IMG/VR virus record: IMGVR_UViG_3300036766_000780
Length of the DNA: 20,000 nucleotides
DNA from: an uncultured virus (IMG/VR IMGVR_UViG_3300036766_000780)
Lineage: Duplodnaviria; Heunggongvirae; Uroviricota; Caudoviricetes
Strand: one strand, 5' to 3'
The notes under the pieces are model-generated. The model searched no databases. It was not told where the DNA came from and worked only from the letters and a program-made list of their open reading frames with translations. Position 1 is the stretch's first letter, and the number at the start of each line of letters is the position of its first letter. Both the position numbers and the translations under genes were made by a program. Of this stretch, positions 1 through 8,211 are shown one piece after another.

Positions 1-1
1 T

Positions 2-517
2 ATGATCCATCCCTGTAAATTTTTCTTCTAATTCAGCCCAAAATAAGAATAACCTACAATCTGGACCTTTAGTGTGAAGAAAATCAATAACTTCTCCAAA
101 CGTATGTATTCTTCCACCTCTAGCTCCATATTTGTTAACTTGCTGGCGAATATAGCCTATCATTGCCGAAATATTCTTAGTTAAAAATAATTCTCTTTTG
201 GCGACTATTTTATCCCATAAAGGATGTTTTTCTAGAATCATATTTTCCGGCGTAAATAACAATTCAATAGCAACTGTTTGACCTGTTTCTAGCATAGATA
301 GGAATTTGAATATTGAATAATATTCTTCATCTACGTCACCAGTTTCATTTTTAAGACCTGTACTTAATTTTATGCCTTTTTTGATAACATCTTTTGCTCT
401 CTGCATTATTACGTCTGTATATTCAGGAAGATAGATTCCTCTAATGTCAACGTCTGATTCGGGAGTATTTGTTCCAAATAACATTGAACCGGCGTAAGCT
501 TTTACTAAAACTTGCAT
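2..517 (-). CDS. Pol-beta superfamily nucleotidyltransferase, T4 NrdC.11/RlaP-like (3'-partial, runs off the window)
   Basis: Not in ORF track. Manual translation from ATG at 517 (SD GAGG upstream): MQVLVKAYAGSMLFGTNTPESDVDIRGIYLP...EYYSIFKFLSMLETGQTVAIELLF...MIGYIRQQVNKYG. GS-x-x-FG-T-x-x-x-x-SDxD-x-RG is the family signature; open to the window edge. Confidence 0.88.
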   Translation of the reverse strand, partial: MQVLVKAYAGSMLFGTNTPESDVDIRGIYLPEYTDVIMQRAKDVIKKGIKLSTGLKNETGDVDEEYYSIFKFLSMLETGQTVAIELLFTPENMILEKHPLWDKIVAKRELFLTKNISAMIGYIRQQVNKYGARGGRIHTFGEVIDFLHTKGPDCRLFLFWAELEEKFTGMDH

Positions 518-527
518 AAAACCTCTG

Positions 528-1139
528 TTAATCAACTCTATAAAATGTTAAATTGGCATTTTGAACTACGTTACCATTTATATCTTTATTTTCCTTATGA
601 AGCTCTAATCTACTCACGGCAATAGCTATTTCTGAAATCTGATTATTGCAAATGCTAAATCCTTTTTTTATATATTTTTGCATCCTTCTAATAGAATCTA
701 CTGGAAAGGTTAAATTATTTACCATAAGTTTTTTAGAAGCTAAATCTATAAAATAATTGTCATCGCAATAAAAATTTTCTCTGTCCACAGCTCCACAACA
801 AACAGTGAAGTCAAAATTACTTATGGTGTCTATGGGATCTTGGAAAAAATTCTTTTTTACTATTTGATAAACACGACCTTTTATTACAATATTAGCTACT
901 TTGTCAACTTCAAATTTAACTTCATTTCTATCTTTAAAATGATTTAACATTTTTTCCATTTCAAACTGATTTGGGAAAAATAGATCAAAATCTTTTATCT
1001 TAGTTTTAAAAAAATAATCTTTTATACTTCCACCAGCAATCCAGAAGTTAAATCTTCCATCTGGATCTAAAACATCATACGCATTTTTTTTGAAAAAATT
1101 AATACATTCCTTAGTTCTATCGTTGTTTAATGTCATCAT
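528..1139 (-). CDS. Phage nucleotidyltransferase, CCA-adding/poly(A) polymerase head-like
   Basis: IAGGSIKD...KDFDLFF (GG + DxD), downstream FDFTVC (RDFT-like) and RMQKYIKKGF. Only 203 aa, no body/tail domain. Confidence 0.78.
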   Translation of the reverse strand: MMTLNNDRTKECINFFKKNAYDVLDPDGRFNFWIAGGSIKDYFFKTKIKDFDLFFPNQFEMEKMLNHFKDRNEVKFEVDKVANIVIKGRVYQIVKKNFFQDPIDTISNFDFTVCCGAVDRENFYCDDNYFIDLASKKLMVNNLTFPVDSIRRMQKYIKKGFSICNNQISEIAIAVSRLELHKENKDINGNVVQNANLTFYRVD

Positions 1140-1351
1140 AATTTCTTCCTAAATAAACTAGTATAAGATCCATTAAGTGTCTCTACAAATAAGTTTCCAG
1201 ACATTCTTTCTTTTTCTTTGGTATTGAATTCTAATTTATAACCATTTTTCTCCATAAATTTTTGAGCTTCAATAAAATCTGAGAAAGAAGCTAAAACTTC
1301 TCTATCTTTAATAACTTCAAAAGATTTATTTTTGTTTCTTACAATGTTCAT
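1136..1351 (-). CDS. Hypothetical protein (71 aa, MNIVRNK...)
   Basis: Start revised from 1417 to ATG at 1351: AAGGA SD upstream and ATGA overlap with the 38 aa ORF; stop overlaps the next start (ATGA). Confidence 0.65.
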   Translation of the reverse strand: MNIVRNKNKSFEVIKDREVLASFSDFIEAQKFMEKNGYKLEFNTKEKERMSGNLFVETLNGSYTSLFRKKL

Positions 1352-1464
1352 TTTAATTCCTTTGGTATAGGTCCTTTCCCTTCGATCCATTCTTCTAACT
1401 GCTCTACAGTAAACCATCCACTATCGTTATCTTTTAACAAGGATGGATTGAATGATTTTCTCAT
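1348..1464 (-). CDS. Small 38 aa protein MRKSFNPSLLKDNDSGWFTVEQLEEWIEGKGPIPKELK
   Basis: Below ORF track cutoff. Strong SD GAGGAG 7 nt before ATG, exactly fills the gap, TGA overlaps the downstream ATG. Confidence 0.72.
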   Translation of the reverse strand: MRKSFNPSLLKDNDSGWFTVEQLEEWIEGKGPIPKELK

Positions 1465-1466
1465 AA

Positions 1467-2105
1467 TTATTCTCCTCTTACTTTTAATATAAATCCTTTT
1501 TTCTTCAAAAAAGCAGTAGAAATTTCTTCAAATACTTTATCACCAAATCTATTAAGAGCTAAATTTACTATAACTAATACTAGTCTTACATTATCTCTGG
1601 TATATCCCTTTGAGCTATCTATTTTATCTAGGCTGGGAGCATAGGGAGTATAAAATCTTTCTTTATTTTTATTTCTTTCAAGTTTAAATTCTATATCGGT
1701 TAAACAGCATCTACCGTTTTGTTTTTCATACATTTCCAATAAAAAATCTAAATCAATATCTATTTTTAGATTTTTCTTTTTAGATCTACATTTAGCCGAT
1801 TCTAATAATGAATAAACCCTACCTCTGACACTTCTATAAGAAGTATCTTTTCTTTTTAAATATGCCTCTTTATTGTCAATATATCTATTTTTATTATATT
1901 GAGGATTTTCTAATAAATTTTTTTTATATTTTTCTTTACCCTTTTTTATAAAATAAGATTTATGTTTTTTATTATAAATGGAATTTCTTTTTTTCTGACA
2001 ATCTTTACATGAAGCCTGAAGACCATCTGTTGCAGTTGTATCTTTATAAAAAAGAGATAATTCCTTATTTTCCTTGCATGAACAACATTTTTTTATCAAT
2101 TGCAT
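1467..2105 (-). CDS. Zn-finger plus His-Me-finger/HNH-like endonuclease (free-standing homing endonuclease-like)
   Basis: N-terminal CCSC...CKDC; C-terminal YEKQNGRCCLT...PSLDKIDSSKGYTRDNVRLV..VN typical of phage endonucleases. Start moved to ATG 2105 because the track's TTG at 2138 coincides with a -35 box. Confidence 0.7.
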   Translation of the reverse strand: MQLIKKCCSCKENKELSLFYKDTTATDGLQASCKDCQKKRNSIYNKKHKSYFIKKGKEKYKKNLLENPQYNKNRYIDNKEAYLKRKDTSYRSVRGRVYSLLESAKCRSKKKNLKIDIDLDFLLEMYEKQNGRCCLTDIEFKLERNKNKERFYTPYAPSLDKIDSSKGYTRDNVRLVLVIVNLALNRFGDKVFEEISTAFLKKKGFILKVRGE

Positions 2106-2110
2106 AATTG

Positions 2111-2138
2111 AGTATACCATACTCTGTAATAAAGTCAA
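2111..2138 (-). promoter_or_regulatory. Sigma70-type promoter with extended -10
   Basis: Minus strand TTGACT-N16-TATACT with TATGG directly before the -10, in one of the few intergenic gaps. Confidence 0.72.
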
Positions 2139-2148
2139 GAAATAGTTT

Positions 2149-2772
2149 TTAAGGCTTTTTTATCAATAAAAGGAGTTTATTAAAAATATGCACAGTATTT
2201 ACTGCGTCGCCTAGTGCGTTGTGCTTGTTTAGCTGCTTTCCATCTATATTGCCGTTAAATTGTATGCCCAATCTGCCCATACACTTAGAAAGTCCGCCTA
2301 CTTTTTTGATATTATTCATAGTCGCATATAATTGAAAAAGATGTTTGGTATTATAAGCACTTCTGCCGAACACCTCTAAATCATTATTAATATCGTATTT
2401 TTTTAATTCTTCAAAATCTCCATGACCCCATTGAACCATAATCCTAGATGTATTGTGCTTCTCTCTTAATTCTCTTAAAATTCTATTAGCATCTTCTATT
2501 GTTAAGGTTGAAGCATTAACCTCTTCGCTTTTTATCTTAGTTAGTTTCTCTATAAATGCAGATAGCTTGTGAGGATAATGTAGAGTTAAACAATGATTTT
2601 CTAGAAAGATAGGCTCTGGATTCGCTATCTGAAATACACTTATTCCAACCTGTATGATCGTGGCTTTTGTAGCAAGACTATCTTTAGCATTGTCTTCGGT
2701 ATTTGGTCTTTCCAATTCGAGATCAATACTCAAAAATCTAACATCTTCCGCTAATCTTTGATCTATAGTCAT
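2149..2772 (-). CDS. DEDDh 3'-5' exonuclease (ERI-1/KapD-like)
   Basis: ExoI SIDLE, ExoII WGHGD, ExoIII HNALGDA. Confidence 0.85.
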   Translation of the reverse strand: MTIDQRLAEDVRFLSIDLELERPNTEDNAKDSLATKATIIQVGISVFQIANPEPIFLENHCLTLHYPHKLSAFIEKLTKIKSEEVNASTLTIEDANRILRELREKHNTSRIMVQWGHGDFEELKKYDINNDLEVFGRSAYNTKHLFQLYATMNNIKKVGGLSKCMGRLGIQFNGNIDGKQLNKHNALGDAVNTVHIFNKLLLLIKKP

Positions 2773-3816
2773 CTAAGAATCCTTAGAATAAACCAAATTT
2801 TCTAATTTTTCATAAAGTTTGGGATCATTTTTAATAGCTTCTGCGAAGTCACCCTTTGAACTGTAAGATTTACCATCAAAGATATAAGTTCTGTTATTAG
2901 GTCTTTCTACTAGATTCAAATTAACAACTAATTCAAAAAGCTCTTCGTTTGTATTAATTAATCCATTAGAGTAATCAATAGTAAATTGACCACTTCTTCC
3001 CGCTCCTCCAAAAGAACATTCTGTATTTTTAACATATATCTTATGACCGGTGATTTCCTTATTACCTCTAAAGTCTTTAATTTCGGCATTTTCTAGTTTA
3101 TTACCTGATAAGTCTGTTTTTCCCTCAGTAGAATTATCTCTTTTTACTTCTACGTATGTTTCAAAAAAGTGCTTTTCAGCCCATGCCAATGCTGCTTTTT
3201 CTTTTGGTCCATACAGCCCAGCTTCAAAATTAGCCCTAAGATGAGCCGTAACCATTAGAATGATCTTATGTTTCCTGATGATAGGCAGTATTCTCTTTAG
3301 ACCCTTAGTAACAGCGTTAGCTCTGTCTCCCATCTGACTATCTGAGATACTCTCTGCATCAGCTTCTCTTATACCCATCAAAGCAGTCATGGAGTCAATT
3401 ATAATAGCTCTTAACGGCATACCGTCATCTATAAGATCTTTTATTTTTCCAGTGATAAGATCAAAAACCTCTGTTGGATTATTGGTATCAAACGGCATAT
3501 ATCTACTATAATCAATCCCCCAGGGACCTCTTGATTGAAATATAGCTCTCATTTCTGTATCAAACCTAACAACGATTCCTTCTGGATCATTTTTATGTAT
3601 ATTCCCGGCTATCAAATAGGTAGCTAGAGATTTACCTGCTTTTTGAGGTCCATAAAATAATATAGAAGATCCTTTAGGAATTCCCGCCGCCTTACCTAAA
3701 ATCCAATTTAAACTAGGAGAAGGACTTCTTATAACGTTTTCTTCTGAAAAGGCATCATATCCAGTATCGACGGCACTTTCTTCGTTTTGTAAAATCTTCA
3801 TCCATTTATTAGCCAT
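2773..3816 (-). CDS. recA: RecA/UvsX-like recombinase
   Basis: SPSLNWILG..GIPKG, Walker A GPQKAGKS, DTE catalytic Glu, Walker B IIIDS, MGDRA. Likely start ATG 3816 (GGAG SD). Confidence 0.9.
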   Translation of the reverse strand: MANKWMKILQNEESAVDTGYDAFSEENVIRSPSPSLNWILGKAAGIPKGSSILFYGPQKAGKSLATYLIAGNIHKNDPEGIVVRFDTEMRAIFQSRGPWGIDYSRYMPFDTNNPTEVFDLITGKIKDLIDDGMPLRAIIIDSMTALMGIREADAESISDSQMGDRANAVTKGLKRILPIIRKHKIILMVTAHLRANFEAGLYGPKEKAALAWAEKHFFETYVEVKRDNSTEGKTDLSGNKLENAEIKDFRGNKEITGHKIYVKNTECSFGGAGRSGQFTIDYSNGLINTNEELFELVVNLNLVERPNNRTYIFDGKSYSSKGDFAEAIKNDPKLYEKLENLVYSKDS

Positions 3817-3817
3817 T

Positions 3818-4114
3818 TTATTCTCCAACGTTTTGAATATATTCGTAAAGATTTACTTTATTATCCGCAGTTTTAGATAAATTCATTATGTTTCTACTCT
3901 TGCTTATACTTAAACTTCCAGGATAAGTCATCCTGTTATATTTAACAATAGCGTCTACTGTTTTTGTGTGTTGTTTTTTATAATCATCGTTGTCTTTCCC
4001 TTTAGATAATCTAATGGTGTCAAGCTTTGACACTTCAAAAACAACATCATAAACATGAGGTCCATCTCCGTGACTTCCTTTTTTATTCTTCTTCGGTTCC
4101 TTGTTATTTTCCAT
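3818..4114 (-). CDS. Hypothetical protein
   Basis: 98 aa ORF coupled to neighbours, GGAG SD; no motif recognised. Confidence 0.65.
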   Translation of the reverse strand: MENNKEPKKNKKGSHGDGPHVYDVVFEVSKLDTIRLSKGKDNDDYKKQHTKTVDAIVKYNRMTYPGSLSISKSRNIMNLSKTADNKVNLYEYIQNVGE

Positions 4115-4379
4115 TGTCTTTTTCTCCTGTAGATCTGATCATTCCAGAAGTTTTTCTCAAAGACAACTTTTCTGGACTCATTTCCTTTTTAACCCTTCTA
4201 TAATTATATTTTGATTGATTCACTAAAACTCTCATTTTAATTTCTTCTGGTTTTTTACCGCCCTTTCCGTCAACAACGTATATAATCTTTTTAACCTCTT
4301 TACCTACAAGATAAACGCTTTTTTTATTAAGATCTAATTTTAGGGTTTTTCTAATAATCCTGGCTTTTTTCCCTCTCAT
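4104..4379 (-). CDS. Small basic hypothetical protein
   Basis: 91 aa, K/R-rich (MRGKKARIIRK), AGGAG SD upstream. Confidence 0.65.
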   Translation of the reverse strand: MRGKKARIIRKTLKLDLNKKSVYLVGKEVKKIIYVVDGKGGKKPEEIKMRVLVNQSKYNYRRVKKEMSPEKLSLRKTSGMIRSTGEKDNGK

Positions 4380-4391
4380 AAACTTTCTCTC

Positions 4392-4940
4392 CTATCTAAT
4401 GTATTTGTTTGAATCTACTCCGCTTCTTATCTCTATGTTCATCTGAACCTTCATATACCTACATACGTTTTCAAAAACTTTTATTTTTCCTTCCATGGAA
4501 GACTCTACCGCTTTTAGTAAATCAATTCTATCTTTAGCGGATACATATTCTGCAATCCTTTGTAAATAAGCCTCTCTAACATCTGAGTTATCTTTAATTT
4601 TCTTTTCTTTTAAAAAATCAGGATATTCATCTAATAAATGCCTAGACTTAACTTCTCTCAAGACTTTCTCTGATTTAGTTATCTCATACATAACTACGCT
4701 TAAATTAGATTTAGCTTCTCTATACCCTTCGTTAAATATGTACTCTAAATCGGAATAAGTACCTGGATTAACTATCCTAGACTCTATTAGCCTAGATTCT
4801 CCCTCTCTAATCTTTGAAACGCTTAGTTTAAAAGATTGTAAAGAACCGAAAACAGGTATGGTCATTTCTGTTTTTTCGTTAACAGAAACTTCCATACCAT
4901 GATTTGAACTATTGGAGGCGGGAGCGTTATCTTTTTCCAT
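4392..4940 (-). CDS. Putative UvsY-like recombination mediator
   Basis: All-helical 182 aa protein between SSB and RecA; segment KIKDNSDVREAYL...YVSAKDRIDLLKAVESSMEGKIK resembles the UvsY helical pattern. Mostly a context-based call. Confidence 0.42.
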   Translation of the reverse strand: MEKDNAPASNSSNHGMEVSVNEKTEMTIPVFGSLQSFKLSVSKIREGESRLIESRIVNPGTYSDLEYIFNEGYREAKSNLSVVMYEITKSEKVLREVKSRHLLDEYPDFLKEKKIKDNSDVREAYLQRIAEYVSAKDRIDLLKAVESSMEGKIKVFENVCRYMKVQMNIEIRSGVDSNKYIR

Positions 4941-6001
4941 TATACAGAAACGCCTAAGCTTCTTAAGTAAGCTAAATCGTCGTCAGAAGTCTTAGAATCG
5001 GTCTTTTTAGGCTCAGTTGGAGCTAAGGTAGTTGCTTGTACGCTAGCAATAGGTTGAGCCGTAGTAGTTAATCCAGGAGATGTAACCGCTTTTGCGTTTA
5101 AAAGAGTATTAACAGGAACGCTTCCTTTGTTAATATCATTAGTTCCATTTACTAATGGTGCCAATGTATTTTCCTCAACAGCTTCAGGAACGTCTCCCTC
5201 TAAACTGTCATTTTCTTTATTATTTCCAAGAATTTCGTCTACAGCGAAACTTCCTTCGTTTACTATTCTCTGAATCTGTTCTGCACCAGGAGAAGGATAT
5301 ATTTTTCCTAGATCAAAAGCTTCGTGACTTAACCTAGCAATCAAGTCTGGAGTTAAAACGTGCCTAACTGATTTTTCTACAATGCCGTATTCTTTTGTTT
5401 CAACTTTTTCCTTATATTCGCTAACGGTATATTGAGTTTCTCTGCCTTTCCCTGTTCTGTAGAAGTTGTAGAATCTACCATCTTCAACGGAAAGAGGATC
5501 TAATCCAGATTTTACTGCATTATCAATTAATCCAGTCTTGTCCTTATTAGATAACTGAGCCATAGCCTTATAACCAACTTTAAGAAGTCCAATTTCTCCG
5601 TTAAGATTAACTGCGTTTACATAATATTTAGACTCAATATTAAATCTTTGAGTATCTTCATAAGAAGATTTTAACATTTCAGCAGATACTGACACGTCGC
5701 CTTCTTTATGTCTTTTAACTAAACTAGCATGATCTTTTTTTAATCTTTCAGATCTTAAAAATGCTGCCGATTCCACTTCTACCATTTTTGTTGTAAAATT
5801 TACTTTTCTACAATCTAAAAACGTCTCCATTTTACCTTTAGAGTTTTTATATCCGTAAACGACTGTATGGTATTTTCTCCAATGACCATCTTTAGCCAGA
5901 GAACCTAGAGGAGGAAGAATCCTATAGATGTTGTTACCATCTTTCATTTTAAAAAACGTTTTTCTTGATCCGCCGTTGTAGTTCGCCTTACCCAATTCCA
6001 T
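4940..6001 (-). CDS. Single-stranded DNA-binding protein, gp32-like
   Basis: FFKMKDGNNIYRILPP, KYYVNAV, GRFYNFYRTGKGRETQY; disordered T/A/P linker and acidic tail SDDDLAYL. Confidence 0.72.
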   Translation of the reverse strand: MELGKANYNGGSRKTFFKMKDGNNIYRILPPLGSLAKDGHWRKYHTVVYGYKNSKGKMETFLDCRKVNFTTKMVEVESAAFLRSERLKKDHASLVKRHKEGDVSVSAEMLKSSYEDTQRFNIESKYYVNAVNLNGEIGLLKVGYKAMAQLSNKDKTGLIDNAVKSGLDPLSVEDGRFYNFYRTGKGRETQYTVSEYKEKVETKEYGIVEKSVRHVLTPDLIARLSHEAFDLGKIYPSPGAEQIQRIVNEGSFAVDEILGNNKENDSLEGDVPEAVEENTLAPLVNGTNDINKGSVPVNTLLNAKAVTSPGLTTTAQPIASVQATTLAPTEPKKTDSKTSDDDLAYLRSLGVSV

Positions 6002-6012
6002 AAATTTTCTCC

Positions 6013-6750
6013 TTATTTGAGTTTGTTTCTTATTTCTAAGAGTTTGTTTTCTACTAATGAACTATTAACTTCTTCTTCGTCTAAATTAATAGTAAAAGTA
6101 TTTCTATTTAATAATAACAGATCTTTATTAAGCTTGTCAACTATTTTTTTATCATTTGCTTTAATTAAGATAGGAACTATTTTTCCGTCGTATTCTTTAT
6201 TCACTCCCTGAGTAGCCGCCTTATCTATAGCGTACACTCCGATTAGTTCTCCGCCAAGTTTATCGGTAAAAGCCTCTTTAGTTAGATTTAATACGTCTTC
6301 TCTGGTTTTTAGATTTCTTAAATATTTTTTATCAAACAAAACCATAGGATATTGTAAAATACCGATTCTGTTTGCTACTTCGTTAAAAGATCCCATCAGG
6401 ACGTCGAATAATCCAGGAGAAGAAACTATGTTCTTATAATAAGCCTTATCTACTCCATACACTATCTCTTGGAAAATCTCTTCCGAATCCGAAACAAAAC
6501 AATCAAACTCAGATTCAGCTATTTCTGCAAATTTATTAATGCTTCCTTCTTTTCCGTCTAGAACTACGAATAAAGCTCTTTTTTGCATCTCATTTCTATA
6601 TTTAAAATATAGTTCAATCAGATCATTTCTAGCTCTTTTAATCCTACCTAGCCTAGTAGTGTAGGTTTGAGGATGTGCTCCTTGTTCAGGAACCTGTTTT
6701 GCTAATTCTCTTTTTTCTTTAATCGTTTTTACTAATTTTTCAAGATCCAT
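6013..6750 (-). CDS. Hypothetical protein, possible degenerate NMP-kinase-like fold
   Basis: N-terminal helical hairpin followed by FVVLDGKEGS (P-loop-like but no GK[ST]). Confidence 0.55.
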   Translation of the reverse strand: MDLEKLVKTIKEKRELAKQVPEQGAHPQTYTTRLGRIKRARNDLIELYFKYRNEMQKRALFVVLDGKEGSINKFAEIAESEFDCFVSDSEEIFQEIVYGVDKAYYKNIVSSPGLFDVLMGSFNEVANRIGILQYPMVLFDKKYLRNLKTREDVLNLTKEAFTDKLGGELIGVYAIDKAATQGVNKEYDGKIVPILIKANDKKIVDKLNKDLLLLNRNTFTINLDEEEVNSSLVENKLLEIRNKLK

Positions 6751-6760
6751 GTGTATTCTC

Positions 6761-6991
6761 CTATAATTTTAAATATAACCTTACCTTGCTTTCTGTGTCA
6801 AGTTCATTTTTAGCTATTTCTAGTTCTTCTAGTCCTGCGATATTATTTTTTGCCGTCTTTTCTATGGAAAACTTACCTTTCATATATTCTACTTTTAGAT
6901 AGATCTCGGATTCATCTAGAGATATTGCTAAAGTGTGTTTGAGATTATTACTTATCTTAACTTCCTCCGTTATCCGTCTCGGTATTTCCAT
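6761..6991 (-). CDS. Hypothetical protein
   Basis: 76 aa, TAATG-coupled to the upstream gene. Confidence 0.65.
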   Translation of the reverse strand: MEIPRRITEEVKISNNLKHTLAISLDESEIYLKVEYMKGKFSIEKTAKNNIAGLEELEIAKNELDTESKVRLYLKL

Positions 6992-7683
6992 TATATGCCT
7001 TCCTTATTTAATATTTTTGAGCTTTCTTGAGCGGCTGCCTGGCTAGTTCCGTTCATAGGAGGAAATCCTACATTATTCCCACTATTGATAGCTTTTACTA
7101 TACTACCATAATTTGATGAATAAAGCATAGACCCTACTACTATAAATTTATCATTTTTAATTTCATTTTTGTAACACGCTGGAAAGAAATTACACTGCTT
7201 ATCTAGGTCGTTATGATCGTTTCCTGCGGCGACTACAAGATAAGCTCCTTTTTTAAGGATTTTTCTATAACCGTCTATTTCTAATTTTATCTCAGATTCA
7301 TCCGCTATTGCACCTCCAGCCGATATATTAACTAAAAATAAATTTTTTATCCTGCTGGCTAATTTTACAGACCATATAAAGTTTTTCATATTACTTCCAT
7401 CGTTACCTGTATTAAGAAATTTAATGGAAACTATACAGTATTTGTTTGAATCCAGGTTTTTATGAATTATACTGATGACGTTGGGTCCATGTGGGTGAGT
7501 AGCTATGCCATCATCCTTTAGTGATGAAAACACTCCTCCCTTGCACATATATTTTTTATTAACCTGATATTTAGCTACTCCGGTATCTATAACTGCTATT
7601 ATTTTTCTTTTATCTGGAATGGTGAAGTCTTTTGCGTAAGACGGAATAGATAGAAATAAAGCTAATATGGCTATTTTTACCAT
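6991..7683 (-). CDS. Subtilisin-like S8 serine protease with signal peptide
   Basis: IAVIDTGV (Asp), HPHGPNV (His), VNISAGG, VVAAGND (oxyanion Asn), NGTSQAA (Ser); N-terminal MVKIAILALFLSIPSYA. Confidence 0.9.
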   Translation of the reverse strand: MVKIAILALFLSIPSYAKDFTIPDKRKIIAVIDTGVAKYQVNKKYMCKGGVFSSLKDDGIATHPHGPNVISIIHKNLDSNKYCIVSIKFLNTGNDGSNMKNFIWSVKLASRIKNLFLVNISAGGAIADESEIKLEIDGYRKILKKGAYLVVAAGNDHNDLDKQCNFFPACYKNEIKNDKFIVVGSMLYSSNYGSIVKAINSGNNVGFPPMNGTSQAAAQESSKILNKEGI

Positions 7684-8003
7684 TGTTTTTCCATGTTATG
7701 ACCGTCATAGTGATAGTCACAAGCAGCAGCTTCTTTCACCGCATCTACGATATATGGGTCAATATCTATTGAAGATAGGGATAGAAATTTTTCATTAGCC
7801 TTTTCTAGATTAAAATCGTACCCGTTTTTTGTTTGTTCTGCTATGTATCCAAGAACTAATTTAGCTATTCGAGAATCGTCGTAATATCTGCTACCCTTTT
7901 GCATGTACTCGTCTAGGATAACAAAATCTTTAGTGTTCTTAATCCTGTGTGTCAATAAATATACCTTATGTTCATCAAATTTGAAATAATCTAATACAAT
8001 CAT
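7677..8003 (-). CDS. Hypothetical protein
   Basis: Likely start ATG 8003 behind GGAGG; no motif recognised. Confidence 0.65.
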   Translation of the reverse strand: MIVLDYFKFDEHKVYLLTHRIKNTKDFVILDEYMQKGSRYYDDSRIAKLVLGYIAEQTKNGYDFNLEKANEKFLSLSSIDIDPYIVDAVKEAAACDYHYDGHNMEKQW

Positions 8004-8004
8004 A

Positions 8005-8211
8005 TTATCCTCCACTTGATATATTATAGCATAATTTCTCTACATTCACAACAGCTTCTTTATAATTATATGATTTATCAATGATTTCAGATACTTCCTC
8101 GGCTAATTTATTTTCGCCTACGCTAAAAGCCCATTTCATGTGCCATAGCGTATTTTCGTCATACCTTCCCTCAAATCCCTTTATCCAATTGTCAAATCTT
8201 TCATTTTTCAT
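8005..8211 (-). CDS. Hypothetical protein
   Basis: 68 aa, ATGA overlap with the dnaE stop. Confidence 0.6.
   Translation of the reverse strand: MKNERFDNWIKGFEGRYDENTLWHMKWAFSVGENKLAEEVSEIIDKSYNYKEAVVNVEKLCYNISSGG

Noticed and set aside
1352..1417. Track start at 1417 for the 93 aa ORF
   Set aside because: The extension overlaps the better-supported 38 aa ORF, and ATG 1351 has its own SD.
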